DNA of 64,000 nucleotides, taken from positions 62,001 to 126,000 of the forward strand of contig NMRA01000694.1 of NCBI GenBank assembly GCA_002633005.1. The letters run 5' to 3'. Positions 1-13,401 of this stretch are shown piece after piece; the stretch's first letter is position 1, and every line of letters starts with the position of its first letter. Position numbers and translations under genes: made by a program. The notes beneath the pieces are model-generated. The model was not told where the DNA came from. It worked only from the letters and a program-made list of their open reading frames with translations, and did no database searches. This DNA is from Phoronis australis. Taxonomy: Eukaryota > Animalia > Phoronida.

Positions 1-929
1 ATTTTCTGGACATGACATGAACAATTCATGATTTCAATTAAAACAAAATAAATTTAAATAAAAAATAGCTTACATTAAAAAAGACTGTCGCGCAAAATCA
101 TCCATTCGAACGAATATTTGCTAACCGTCATCTAAATGCCTTGTAAATCACAGAAACGGAATCTTCGACTTTTGTCCTTGCCTCTTGAAGTGGAAAATAA
201 AAAGGTAAATAAAAAACTTATCTGCAGTTCGACAAAGAAGCAAATGCTTCAAATGAACTATTGTGTTTTCATAGCGAGTCTTTCAAGCCCAGTGACCTAC
301 CATAAGATTGACCACTAAAAGCACATCCTTTGTTTTCTTGCCCGCCTCAAGTTCTTGGTTAACATCAGCACTTCCGTTACAGCATATCTCAGACCTACGT
401 GAAATTACGTCATAAGTCAAAACAATAAAAATGAATTTCCCTCAAAAATCTATTCCAGGATTTACACACATTGTAGACAATGCTAGCGTTTTCACACCGA
501 TTGAGTTACTTTCCACAATTAAAGAGTCAGAGACTGTAACGGTACTACATTACTAAAGGACTCTGTACGATGACTGGTAAGAAAAATAAAACATCATTTT
601 CAAGTATAGAATTCGTAAGACTGTAGCAAAGAAGAAAAAAGTTTGTAGCCTGAAATCATCTCAGAATTTCTTTGTCAAAGGAATCCCCTTACAACATGTG
701 CCTAAAACACATTCTTTTGTTGGTTTCAACTGTTCAGGTGATCAATTTTTGTGTTAAAAGGAATGTTGTCTACTTTCACAAGCAGCGATAAAAAGTATAA
801 TACGTATTCATGCATTCAACCAAACAGCAACCAGAGCAGGGCAAACCTTTGAAAACCGGTGACAACTGAGTCGCAAAACCTATGATTTTATGGGTGTTCA
901 TCAGCATCGTGTAAGATATAAAAATTACA

Positions 930-2060
930 TTAATTAACTCAAAGCTAAAATCGGAATGCCGCTGTTTCTTCCCAATCATACACCTCTATGTAAGGATCCA
1001 TCAAAGCCTCGACCAAGCCAATAATAAACGAGACAATTTCTAGTCAATAGAAATGCCAACAGGGAATGCTAGCCTACCGAAAATCTACTGGTACAAGCGC
1101 ATTTCCGCTATATCATTCTGGATTAGGGGCCTGTAAATTTGAAATTTCTGGTCAAAAGTAAAACCGCCAACAGATGATTCCACGGTAGTTAAATTCGTGT
1201 GAAAGTTAACTGATGCTGGTGCCTTCATGCCAGATAACTCTGCCAAATATCATTAGCATCTGTAAGTCGCACCAATGCAAAAAACAAAATTGCCACTAGG
1301 TGCCACCATGATAGCCCGATCCATTCGGAAATTTACGTTAGTCATTAGTCATGTGCTATTCAGAACGAGACAACATTCAAGAGACTTCAAGTGATTTGGC
1401 AGATAGAGGTGGACGCCAAAAACAGACCCCAATGTAATAAAAAGACCACAATTCGAATATCTCCACTTCACTTCAAAATAGGAAGGCGTCACCTTAATAT
1501 GAACCTATTGGAAAAGTATTATGAACATGTGTCAAAAATCTCTGACCAGATACAGCGTAAAGAGTAAAACTGTTAGGCACAGCGGTAGTCAGATGGCTTC
1601 CACATTCATTGTTCATCCCTTGGTATGTTTATAACAATTCATTAGCCAAATATCATAAAGACCATGTGCAGTTTTAAAGAGATACAGCCATAGAGACAAA
1701 TTGCCACATGGGAGCACTAAAAGAGATAGACCCCCCATGCAAATCTACACTCAATGAGGCACGTTTTCTCAATAGGAATATATTCCCCAATGTTAAAAAA
1801 GTTCTTTAAGCAGTCAGAAAAATGGATGCCAAAAACAGACTAAAACTAATTTAAAACGACCACTACATTTAGGTAACACGGAATACTTCAAATTCGCTTA
1901 ATGATCGGAAGGTTTTTGACGTCTACATAATAGAAACCTATATGTTGAATTTCATGAAATCCGTCACAGAACACCAATGATACGGCCGCTATGGGGCACA
2001 GCCGTAGGCCACCAAGTCCAGATGTCGTCACGTCCTGTCATCAGCTTCATAAAAACACAT
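930..2060 (-). mobile_element. Degenerate copy of the HINE/Helentron-like core-repeat family also found at 26-30.6 kb and 50.1 kb
   Basis: Reverse complements of family motifs are present: GATAGAGGTGGACGCCAAAAACAGAC (~1402), GCCACTAGGTGCCAC (~1292), GGCCGCTATGGGGCACAGC (~1984). Boundaries are approximate. Confidence 0.6.
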
Positions 2061-3239
2061 ATGCCACATATCACAAGGATCCTGATTTTTCTTTCTTTTC
2101 CTCTTTATTTCATTGGGATACAAAACATATATACAATGATAAGTAAGACAAAAAACAAGCCATTCTCATTCTCAACATACAGACACGCCCACACGCACCC
2201 GCCCTCCTCAACATACCCACTAACTGCCACAAAATTAGGAGATGCAGTAGCCGAAGCCATATATGTCAGACATAGCTGAAAGCAATATGCGACCACAATG
2301 TATAAAATAAGGAAAACCTGGATTTTATATGAACGTCTGACTATGACATCACAATCAGACAGTTTAAAGAATAAGAACTATGTTGATAATGATACACCAA
2401 TTACCTTCAAGGAGAATGACCCATTATGAAATAATGTCAACGTTAGTTTTGCTAAGAATGCAACAAACCTATGTCCTGTGTAGTTACTAGACACATCATT
2501 TAACAGTTAAGTGTGTGAGAGGGCAGAATAAATTACTGCAACTGCTTTCCACAAGTCAAGCAGCTCCATTGCATGCCAGGTTACACAACGGAGGTTGGAA
2601 CATACATGTACCAAAAATGACTGCAGATGCAATGCGTATTGTATCTCTTTTCTTTCGTTGTGTTACACTGAATTTTACCATTCCACCAATGAAAAAATCA
2701 TTGACAGATTAAATTCGTTTATAAAACGAAATGTTCAAAATGGAAGGGCTGGAAAGAATGTTGTCATGAACAAAAACAGGGGTTATCATCGACACGTCTC
2801 AGTTCTCTAATCTCAAAGCACCAGAGCGAATCATCAAAATCCAGGCAGTGTGCAGGTAAGTTTCGATTGCCATCCCGACTGGTAAGAAGCATGCATACAT
2901 GGTAGCTGCTGGTTGGGACATGTGACGTAGGGCGTAATGTACGCTCTACTGCTGTCTGCAAGCCACTTTTAGTATCACTCTGAGCAAATCCCGATAAATA
3001 ACAATTCTAATCTTTTACTTTTCCCAATGAAGAATTTTCCCACAATACTTGGCAGAAAATGGTATCCACCAAAGTGTGCTCGTTGTCATAACTTGTGATG
3101 GTTGAAGAAACACGACGTTCAGGCCCATTCCGACTGATTTGAGACGTGAGAAGGTCGCGACATCTTGAACATTTACACCGGTAATACAGAAGTAGTTTCA
3201 AAAGTCATGTCATCAGTTCCTGTCATCTTTCTTCATCAG

Positions 3240-3445
3240 TATGACACCAGGTGTCCATCACTGAAGTCAGAGTCTATAAGACATTCAACAGGTGTCCATT
3301 AATAAATTCCTAGTAAATAAGACACTCAGAAGGTGGAAAATACTGAAGTCCTAATCACGAAGTCACTCGGCCAAGTGTCCATCAGATTAGTCGTACTCAA
3401 TAAGACTATCAGTAGGTGTCTATCACTGAAGACCTAGTCAACAAC
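3240..3445. repeat. Degenerate 41-bp minisatellite, about 5 copies
   Basis: The GGTGTCCATC-like anchor recurs at 3250, 3291, 3332, 3374 and 3415. Confidence 0.7.
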
Positions 3446-3575
3446 AAATCTTTATGATACTAAGAAATTGTTTAAGCTTCAAAAACTGATTGAAAGTCAT
3501 TAACATTGTTCTGATGTGAGCTCCAAATGTTCTAGTACATTACATTACATTTTCTTCGTGCCAGAGCATTCTTTT

Positions 3576-3811
3576 CATGGGCGCACCCACGGGAGGGGGG
3601 TCGGGGTGCTCGAACGAGCCCCCCATTTGGCGAAGTGGGCAAAAAGGTCCGCCCGAGAGACAAAAAGTCCTAGAAAATGGTACAAAAGTCCACTAAATGA
3701 GCTAAACAGTGGTGCTCCCGTTTTGTTTTATTCCGCTCGCTCTTTTTTTAGCATAAATTCCGCAACGCCGGAATTCGAGCACCCCCAAATTGGAGGCTGG
3801 GTGCGCGCATG
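3576..3811. mobile_element. hAT-like MITE with 5-bp TSD
   Basis: TIRs CATGGGCGCACCCA / TGGGTGCGCGCATG (1 mismatch); CTTTT flanks both sides. Confidence 0.7.
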
Positions 3812-3987
3812 CTTTTTCACGGATTCTGTTGCTAAGACGCTGAAGTTAGGCACTCCACATTTCACGCAGTGTAGAACTTCATTCTTCAAGATCAAATCCA
3901 CAACATCCTGCTCAGAACATAACGTTCGGTTTTCTGAAAGGAAATGACAATTTTAAAAATAGAATATCACAAAATCGCAAGATTCAG

Positions 3988-4281
3988 CATTGGCGGATTT
4001 AGGGGGGGGGGGGACTCCCTTGGCTTCCCCGCGAAAAGTAAAACAGGAGGACAGCAAGACCGTGCGGAAATATTGAGTTTGCCAATTAACCCTGGAAATG
4101 GCCGTGCGGCTAAAACAGGATCTAGCAAGCCTATCTCCGTATTTTTAGTCCTACGGTTTTGTTTTAGCAAAAAAACAACAAACTCACAAGTGCGGGCCCC
4201 CTACAGCTTAGGTTCTGTGCACGCATGCAATTATGAGACAAAATGTTGCCCCCCTTTTATGTTACTCTAGATCCGCCACAG
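3988..4281. mobile_element. hAT-like MITE (CAGTGGCGGA type) with probable 6-bp TSD
   Basis: Termini CATTGGCGGATTTAG / CTAGATCCGCCACAG; flanks ATTCAG / ATTGAG. Confidence 0.65.
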
Positions 4282-5989
4282 ATTGAGTTTCGAAGTTACA
4301 ACAGAAAACTTCTGTTCAATTTGGTACTGATAAATCAAGGAAACATTATACACTCAAAATTACGTAGGAAGCCAGGAAATGTCCAAATATGGCTAACTTC
4401 TGAACATTGTATATCTAGGAATGGGCAAATTAGATTCATATGGAACTTTCTTATTCTGTGCTCAATGCACTATTCTCCAAACGCTGTTAGGAATTGTTTT
4501 TAAAATGTTCCACTTAAGCATGAGGGGCCATGTGACCCAATTAACCGCAGATTGCGAAAAAGTAAAAAAATCAAGTTGGAGGACTTCTGCTTTCGAGTTT
4601 AAAGATATGATTTGTCACAGTGTTTGGCTAAGTACAAAGACTTTTTGATAAGGTTCTGCATAACTTGGGCAGGTATTTGCGAATCTTGGAAACGGCTAAT
4701 CGGATTCAAATGAAACTTTTATATACTGTGTGATTGACGCACAATTTTCAAAACGTAGCTAGGGATTGTTTTCAAAATGTTTAAAACTGTTTGTATAATG
4801 GTATCATTGCAATGGTTGTGATATAAGGCAATAGTCACTAAAAGGGAACCCAGGATATTGAGATAACGTTTGCTGCCCGTTACTCGGTGGAGAAAACTGG
4901 AACTCATAAAGCGGGTTTCCTGTAAGTTACTATTATACAAAATACAATAAAATACATCCATTTGGCATTTTAATCTTCACAACATACTAGTGGTAACTCA
5001 TTGCACTTTCAGATGAGTGGATGTTTCCCTTCTTGCGCTTTCGTTATCAAAATATTAGATGTCACGCATTACGCCAACCAAAACTGGTTTGATCAAAAAC
5101 TGAAACCTATTACGTTTTAAGTGTCTCCAGAGCGACCACCGGTCGTACGTTACGGCTCCCAGATAACAGTGAGTAGAACTTTTAGACTTGTAACAATAAA
5201 ATTACAGAATTCAAAATACGGAATTTGTAGTCAGTGATTGAAACTAATATCAAATCCCAAGCCAAAACGTCCATGAGTTTAATTGATGAACATGAAAAAG
5301 GGCCGCACCTCCACCAAAATGAGAGACGATCAGTTCCTTTGAACTTATCGTCCCTTGACCAGAAAATTGCCTTAAAACAGATTACTGGTCAAGGGTGTTT
5401 TACAAATGGCGTTATTTACAAAAAAAAAATCAGCTCAAGCAATCAGTGCGTCATCAGTGCGTCATGAATTCACGGTACATGAGTGTAAGGGTGACACCAG
5501 GCCACCATGTCGTACGGCAGTAGGAGGTATGATACTGGACGAGGAGTGTCGAGATACGGAACGCATGAAGTTGTGACGCCAAGAACTCCCGTGTTCTCCA
5601 ATGCAGGATGTTACGCCGCCTTTTAGCATGAAGACAGCACATGAAAAATAACGTTGTCGGCTGTATTGCACGAAAAAAAAGAATAAAAACAGATTCTTTA
5701 AAAAAGAATTCATTGTTATAAGTGAACGAACTACAGTACGTGAACAAAGTAACTGGTATATTCGACAAAAAATACAAAATACAACAGCAAATATGAAAAC
5801 TAATGTTCAGTGGTTTACAAATATGCACATGAAAGAAATTGCTATGAAGAATGTTTACCGGTATAGTGGTAAAAAGTCTCCATGCAGCAGATTGACTTGA
5901 TTAACAATGTTTACTGGTGTATTGTGCAGAAATGTGATTATCTCGATTTCATTATTTGTTATCGAAATATGAAATCCTCTAACTTTGTC

Positions 5990-6400
5990 ATGAAAAATAA
6001 CATTTCTAAAGCGAAAGTAGAGTTTTTGTGAGCTTGTATGCGCTACGGACGAATGTTTTCGTTCAAATGTCAAGCAATGTTACATTGGTCAAACGGTTTG
6101 CTGTCTTTCCCATCGGTTATCTATGCAGCTTCAAAATGGCGCCATCCATGAACATTTTGTGTAATGTCAAGAAATTGTGGAAAACTCGCCAATTCGATGT
6201 GTTGCGATTGAAAGTATTAGAGTCCCTTTAGATTGCATTCCAGAAGTCTGTATCGAATGATCAGCAAACAGGGTCGCGCCACACGCTACACTTGTTTGCG
6301 TGACTTTCCTGTTACCCCCCCCCGTGATTTGTCATTCTTTATTGTATTTCACACCCACCCTGTCCCACTGTGTATTTCTCCAGCTTTTGGTGTGTTGTGG
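5990..6400 (+). repeat. Unclassified interspersed repeat, paralog at ~53150-53580
   Basis: Shared colinear blocks: AAAATAACATTTCTAAAGCGAA, TTCAAAATGGCG, GATTGAAAGTATTAG, CAGCAAACAG, TTTGCGTGACTTT. Confidence 0.7.
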
Positions 6401-6879
6401 ACACTGCACGAAAAAACACCTTTTGTCAACATTTTCAGGCCATCAAAATGTGTTGAACCCGCACCTGTTGGTATCTTTTGTAATTCTAAAGATCGACTTT
6501 CAACTTTTTGAATCACAAAATATGACAAAATGTTGTATTTTGTACTTTTTTACTAGAGAAAAACTCAACTTTCATCTTTTTTCATCTTGTAACCTTTGGA
6601 ATCTTTTAGACTTTCAAAATACCAAGCTACCTGGTCTAAAAACGTTGTAAAATGTGAACTGTTGTTTCTTTTGACTTGAGAAAGCCGATATTGCTGCGTC
6701 ATTTTATATCCACTTGAGATTGAAACAATTACTACCCTATGTTTCGAAATATCGTGTGTCTTTTAATCATATCTTTTGTTCAGTTGCTTTCCCAATGTTC
6801 TGTTGAGTGTCGAGCTTTGTTCTGAGGAAACGAACAGATGGGAATAAAGAATGTTAATAACGATAAGTGCATTCAACCA

Positions 6880-8310
6880 ATTTTGCATATCGGAACGAAC
6901 TATATGAACTAAACAGACCATTTTACTGGTATATGTATATTCGATAAAAAATTCTAAAATATAACTTACAGAAAATATAAAAATTAATATTCACTAGTAT
7001 ATAAATGTTCACATGAAAGAGATTGCTAAGAAGAATAATGAGTACCGATGTACAGGTAAAAATTTCCTTAGAAAAGACTTATGTGAATAATAATGTTCAT
7101 AGGTGTGTTGGGAAAAATGTTCACGCAGAACAGGTTGACATGATAAATAACTTTTTACCGGTTAATTGGAGGAATATGCATTCATACAGTAGGCTGGTAT
7201 GCAAAATGGTTATTCTTGCATTGGATGAAAATGTTTGCATACAACGGATTTATCCTAAATATTTTCATTCTTATATTGGACAAGCATGCCCACATAGAAC
7301 CTGCTGAGTTAAAAAATGAATTTAGTGTAAAAATTGGACAAGGACATAAAACAGTTTAATATTGAAATTTTCCCACGTTTCTGCAAGGTTAACGGGAAAT
7401 ATTTGTTTGCGGGTTTTGTGTAGACAGTACATGTGCTGAGTCATGCGTGGTTTGTGTTTTGTAAATATGTTATTCACTGGTTGATGGTTAGCTAATGGGG
7501 GGCGTCTATGAAGTAGTGGTTATGTACGTCGCGGTTCACTAAACCTTCCTTTTGCGACTACTCATGTATCAGGGGAGGTTCCATTCTTTCGCCGCACATG
7601 TACGGCGCACCATAGGGTTTTGCAAATTTGGTATTCACTGGTTGATGGTTAGCTAATGAGGGCGCGTCTATATAGTAGCGGTTATGTATGTCCCAATTCA
7701 CTAATCATTCTTTTTGGGAAAATTCTGTTGAGTAGCAGTTCACGTAGAACAGATTGATGTGAAGAATAACGTTTTAATGTTTTGTTGGAGGAGCATGCAT
7801 TCATAAAATAGATTGATATGCAAAATGTTTATTGATGTACTGAATTAAAATGCTAAATCCCAACAGATTAAGTACTATAAGTGCTAACTATTTTTTATAC
7901 TTACTGTTACATTTGAAAAACACGCCAAAAACAGAACTGGTTGGTACTGTTTTATAGGACGATTATGCATTCATTAAGCAGACTGATAAGTGAAATGTCT
8001 ATATTGTTAATTAATTTTTATATTGGACAAACATGTCCGCATAGAAAAAGGAGTTAAAATGGATTGATATTGCAATTTTCCGGCGTTTCTGTAAGGTTAG
8101 CGAGAAATATTTGCAATGTTGTATAGGCAGTACATGTGTTCAGCCATGTGTGGCTTGTGTTTTGTAAATTTATTATTCAGTGGTTGGTGGTTAGCTTATA
8201 GCCTGGTCTATAAAGTAGAGACTACATACGTTTCGCTTCTCTAATCAAGTGCCATTTGCGGCAACTCATAGATCAGAGGCTGTTCCACTCTTTCTCCGGA
8301 CACGGGCACC
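6880..8310. repeat. Degenerate tandem duplication with ~700-bp period
   Basis: 7375-7600 resembles 8080-8310 (TTTCTG(C/T)AAGGTTA...CAGTACATGTG...TATTCACTGGTTGATGGTTAGCT), with a third partial copy at 7630-7710. 6900-7150 also resembles 5730-5910. Confidence 0.6.
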
Positions 8311-8811
8311 ACATCGTAAGGGGCTGGGGGTGGCGGTGCTCATGAGAGAAATAAATTATAAATTGTTGGACATCCAGCGCCGAGGTCATGCGTTGGATGA
8401 CACATTCTGAAACTATGCTAATAAGGAAACCGTAAGACTTGTAGCGGGCGGGGTCGAGTGAGGCAGATATGATAACGGAACTGACGAGTGATTTAACTGA
8501 GAAGGAGCACGTGACTCACGTGACGTTTCGGGGAATCATGCTACAAGACGGAAGAGAGGTCCAGAGGAACATATTATGGTAATATATGTAACATGGGTGT
8601 AATGCTAGGGGGTAAAAGCGGGTCAGGAAAAAACTAAAATCAAAAAGGACGCCTTCGGAGACTCGAGTGTTGTTTTTTAGGTGGTCCTGGCCGGAACTTT
8701 GCCGCTCTGCAATTGTTTCGATTTGCTTCAGATTAGGGAGTGCTCCAGCAGCAGCAGAAGGTCTCCAATAAAAGGCAATATAATCTTGGAGACAAGGGAC
8801 TGTGGAAACAG

Positions 8812-8869
8812 TAGGCAATGACCATCGCCTCTGTTGGCCCGGGCCAACAGAGGCGATGGTCATTGACTA
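8812..8869. mobile_element. 58-bp spacerless palindromic mini-transposon with 9-bp TSD
   Basis: Perfect 50-bp palindrome at 8816-8865, termini TAG...CTA, flanked by TGGAAACAG at 8803-8811 and 8870-8878. Confidence 0.75.
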
Positions 8870-9608
8870 TGGAAACAGGTGTTCCAAAAAAACTAGGGAT
8901 TTAATATGTGTGACAAAAGGAGTTTCTTTAACCCGAGAATAACTGTCTGAGAATAATTTTCTTGCTCATAGTGTAGTGAACATTTCGTAAAAGCAATGTT
9001 TTCGAAGGCTACTAGCTGGACTCTGTGACAGTGACAAGTAGAAATTACAGGCTTGCTTTGACAAAACTAAAGCTATGATCGCCGTACAATTAAAACTTAG
9101 ATGCGCACGGCGGATTAGGCCTAGCTCAGTACACGGTGAGAATTTGACTCGGACATATGTTTTAGAAGACTTCCTTGATGAGTTTAATTTTGATGTTAAG
9201 AATGATCGGGAGAATGGTGCAGATACGTGTTTTTGACTTTCTATATTGAATAGGCCTTCTAGAAAGGACAACCACTCATTGTCATGCTGTAATGAAAAGG
9301 CCTTTGTTCAAATGTTCCTGAACAACTGAACGTCTTTCACTATATTCTGCATTCACCGCCACCTAGCGGACACGCAGGGAACCAGCGATAGCGTTACTGA
9401 ACGGGACGTTTTCAAGGTTCACACTCTGACGTCACGGTGAGAATATGGTGGTCGTCCAACAAGGAAGTAACTGTTCAGTCAGATAGTAGCATAAATGGAG
9501 AGTAAGAAAACATGATGAACAGATTCTTGCATTTTTGGAATAAGGACTACGAGGGGTATCTAATGAGGTCAAAATTATGTGAGTTTGTCAAACTCAAAGT
9601 GTTGCTCA

Positions 9609-10056
9609 TGTTGTGTGCCGCCCTGACCACGTTAGTCTTGTAATATATCATAGACATAGAACTATAAGACAGTTTACCTCACTGGATATACTATAGTCTC
9701 TAAAGTCTACTGAAGCACTAGTGAAGGTTGGAAATGCGATATACGTCTTGTCTCTCTTGAAGAACGAGTATTACTAAAACTACTAGAACGGCTTACCTCA
9801 GTTCAGCTTCCCTCATCCCACTCTGAACTCTACTAACTACTTCACGCAGGCTAATATACAGATACAAACGTATGTACACAGTAACAATTCCAAGTCACAC
9901 ACACACAGCAATAAAACGTCTGAACCCTCAGACTTCACAGCGGCAACTCCCTAACTCTGAACTGCTGCTCTACAGGGTTTTTGAAAACACCCGGGATGTG
10001 ACGTAACTTCCGCGTGACGTCACTACCATAGACTCGCTGGAGCACGGTTCACTACA
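9609..10056 (-). repeat. 3' LTR of the gag-only element
   Basis: TGTTGTGTGCCG...CACTACA, roughly 95% identical by eye to 13402-13853. The adjacent 10057-10070 reads GGGTTGGGAGGAAA on the minus strand (polypurine tract). Confidence 0.93.
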
Positions 10057-11274
10057 TTTCCTCCCAACCCTATTTGAAGGAGGATGTTCCCGGGCTCTTT
10101 GGTTCTTTTCCTAATTGGATACCTCATCGCCGGAGACTGTGCTTCTTAGCTGCAAAAACTAATTTCCAAAAAATGAAAACAATAGTAAATAGAAAAGTAG
10201 TAACTGAACATATTTACACACTACCTAACTATATTCCTGTATGTATTCCCACTCAATACGCACACAAAACGGAGTCTTAGCTTTTGCTCCATCTTTCTTC
10301 TCACACACACGTCCACATTCACCATATACTTTCCCTCCATTCTTTTCCACATTTTCCCCTTAATGAAACAAGGATGTTAAATTATTCCTTGAGTACTCAC
10401 CCTCATAACTTTCATGAGGCACTGATGTGGTGACTCCCATGGTTCTATCAATGTGTCTTCTAGTCGGGAAAGGGGATTAACCCCCAACGAGATGGGACTG
10501 ACGCCAAACTCGCCACCAACGCTCCTTTCGACGCCGGCTTCCCGCTTGCAGTGGCATTGCCTTTGGAAAGGGGATTGACCCCCGGCAAGTTCACCACCGA
10601 CGCTCCCTTCGACGCCGGCTTCCCACGTACCACGTCAGCTCCTCCGTCACTGAAAGACTCTGTATCCATCAGCCGCTCAACCAGGAACTTTCCAGGCACT
10701 CAAATGGTAAACAGTTCCCTACTGGCCATCTTCTTCCTGCGACCTTGATCATCTGAGACCTGGTTAAATCGTGCAGATACCACACCCGTTTTCGTGACTG
10801 CACAAGGTCCTTGATTCCCATTGGTTTCATGCCCTCATTGCACTTTCACCATCCACTTGAATGAAGATGTCCGAGGTCTCAGCATTGTACCAACCAAACC
10901 TTTAAAAAACATTAACAGTAATCATTACACAGTATTTCGATTGTGTTTTATCCAATTCTCCCATTCCTTAAAACACTCTGAGAGTCTCGAAAATCTACTC
11001 CTCATGCACCAAATTGTGTAAACAGTTAATAAAACCCGTTGCACCAACCCTTGCACGTACAAACCCTATGCACAGAATTTAAGCAACATCTGAAGTATTT
11101 CCCTACTTACATTCACGTCCACTGACATACTCCAGTCATCACCATTGCATATGGAACCATCAACCGTTGCTTGAATATCACCGTAGTTCCTCGTCAATCC
11201 CTCTGGACGTTGACGTCGGTTGGTTCTGATGACCTATGAATGCTGCAGGACAATGTGCTCTGAAGTGACCAACT

Positions 11275-12588
11275 TCATTGCACCGGAAACACTTTTTTTC
11301 GCCTAAGCCTACTTGGATTGCCGCCACTGCTACCAATTTCTTCAGGGTAAGAGATAAAATTAGGCCTCACCATATACCTGCTAGCGTTTGCCGTTCTGGT
11401 GTCATGTTGGTCTCCCAAAGACACAACTCCTTTGCAGCTTTCTGTAGATTCTGAAGAGTGTTGCATCAGCTGTCTTTTCGTCCGAGGACAATTCGCCACA
11501 AAATGACCCTCTTGGTTACAACGGAAACATTTCCGCACTTGAGGCATATGACGACGACAGTCATAGTCACGTCCCTGTCTGTTACTCTTTCTTGGACCTT
11601 GTCCTATAGGCCTTTCCCTTGATTTCGCACCAGGATGTCCACTAATATCCCTAACTGGTCTCTCCACAAGCTCTCCCAGCAGTTCATTTTGTTTGCTAAC
11701 AACTCCAATCAATTCATCTAACTCACTTCCTGTATTTGGCTTTGTTGTACTCGGCATAGACACACTTTGAGATTTTTCTGGTAAGGCATAGCCCACTGTG
11801 ACATTTGGCGTTCCCTCTGGTTGTGCTGGTGTTGACCCTGGAAATGCTGACACATGGCACACCGAATCCAGTGGCATGCGTAGTCTCACTTGCATTTTCT
11901 GCACCATCAAAGTTTTCACTTCCACTATGGTTCTAGGACTAGTCAGCAGCACAAATTCGCCACATTCCTTATCTGAAGCTCTCATGCAGAATTGAGAAAT
12001 GGCCTCTCTGTGTACCACTTCCATGTTGTACATCCCAAATGCACGTAGCGCAAGTAAATGCACTCTCATAGCCCACTCACCTACCGGTTCGTCAACCTCC
12101 TGCTTTGTCAACTGTAAATTAAAGCTAGGGACTTCAGCACTTGTAATTTCATCGTAGAATGCATGTAGCAGGTCTCGGACCTCCCTCAAGGTTACTCCGT
12201 TGTCGACTTCCACCTGTTCTACCACAAACTCAAGTGGTTGGCCGTCCAGACACATGATGAAAAAATCCACCGCTTCATCACCATGAACGCGATGCGCCTG
12301 CACCCATCTACAAAACAGCAACCTAAACATGCGATAGTTTCCGTAACTGTTAAATCGAATATGCTTTAGCACCTGAAGCACATTAGGCAGTGCATACTCA
12401 CCCTCTGGCCTGCACTGATATGATTTCTGTCTTCCGGGAATCGCTTGCCTATTTGGACTCTCACGAGGAACTTCACCACTGTGGTATACTCGTTCGCCAC
12501 CTGTTGGCTGCTCTCTATTGTGCACCGTGGTGGGAACCTCTACTCGCTCGTCACCAGTTGTCATCGTCACCCTTGGACATTGACTCAA
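11275..12588 (-). CDS. gag: Retrotransposon Gag (capsid-like domain plus CCHC zinc knuckle), 437 aa
   Basis: Uninterrupted ORF between the LTRs; capsid-like QEVDEPVGEWAMRVHLLALRAF...AISQFC and zinc knuckle CFRCNQEGHFVANC. Confidence 0.88.
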   Translation of the reverse strand: MSQCPRVTMTTGDERVEVPTTVHNREQPTGGERVYHSGEVPRESPNRQAIPGRQKSYQCRPEGEYALPNVLQVLKHIRFNSYGNYRMFRLLFCRWVQAHRVHGDEAVDFFIMCLDGQPLEFVVEQVEVDNGVTLREVRDLLHAFYDEITSAEVPSFNLQLTKQEVDEPVGEWAMRVHLLALRAFGMYNMEVVHREAISQFCMRASDKECGEFVLLTSPRTIVEVKTLMVQKMQVRLRMPLDSVCHVSAFPGSTPAQPEGTPNVTVGYALPEKSQSVSMPSTTKPNTGSELDELIGVVSKQNELLGELVERPVRDISGHPGAKSRERPIGQGPRKSNRQGRDYDCRRHMPQVRKCFRCNQEGHFVANCPRTKRQLMQHSSESTESCKGVVSLGDQHDTRTANASRYMVRPNFISYPEEIGSSGGNPSRLRRKKVFPVQ

Positions 12589-13384
12589 GTTTTCTTCCGT
12601 CTTGTACCCTGAATCCTCCGTTACTGGACTACAATCCCCTCCCCGAAGTCTTGATGTCGTCTCCTACCTATCCTCATTACACGTATTGGAGCGAAATGAT
12701 CCCTCCTCATGGTCTCTCATCTTTAGGGAGCGGTGAATTGGTCCACATCTTTTCCTTTGGACGTACCTCTCCTCACCTTCTCTCCCCTCTCTTTCATCAA
12801 ATGCAGTCATCCTAAAGCAATCCATGACTACACAAAAATAACAATTAAAAAACGCGTATACTTTATTTCCCAACTCACTTGTCTTACCAATGAAACAGTG
12901 AATTTCAAGCACAAACACAGGCAGATTTACTATACTACAACCCTTGTTTCAACCAATTTTACTACAAGACACACACCTGAAAATCCAAAGTGCAAATGAA
13001 TTCCAGCAGCTGTAAACAAGTGCACCCCTGAAACACACCTAGAAATATTAACAAGTCCGTTAATTATTTCACGACGTTCCACCACCTTTGATAATCCAAT
13101 CAAAATGGCCGCCCTACTCGTTGCTATTCTGAATCAGAGGTTTGCTACTCGCAGACTTAATTCCCTAAAGTTATCTCAAAATACGCTTATCTCCACGTAT
13201 TTTTCAAACTAACCTTTCTAAATTCTATTTACCCTGTCTCAGGAATTGAACCTGATGACCAAAACTACAGAGTTAGAAAGAAAACCGAATTCAAAAATTC
13301 GAAAATCCAATATGGCTGCCAACCTGCGTGGTCCTTTGTCGGACACCGGGTTCCCAAATTTCAGTACTATTTTGAGAATACTAA

Positions 13385-13398
13385 CACCGCTGCCACCA
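13385..13398 (-). promoter_or_regulatory. Primer-binding site for tRNA-Leu
   Basis: Minus strand reads TGGTGGCAGCGGTG, 3 nt after the 5' LTR; complementary to the 3' end (...CACCGCTGCCA-CCA) of metazoan tRNA-Leu(AAG). Confidence 0.85.
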
Positions 13399-13401
13399 AA
13401 A

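Noticed and set aside
2105-2296. 63-aa ORF with a hydrophobic C-terminus
   Set aside because: Short, no recognisable domain and no supporting exon structure.
13240-13290. CTGATGA...GAAA resembling a hammerhead ribozyme core
   Set aside because: Stem II does not close next to the core, and I found no convincing stems I/III.
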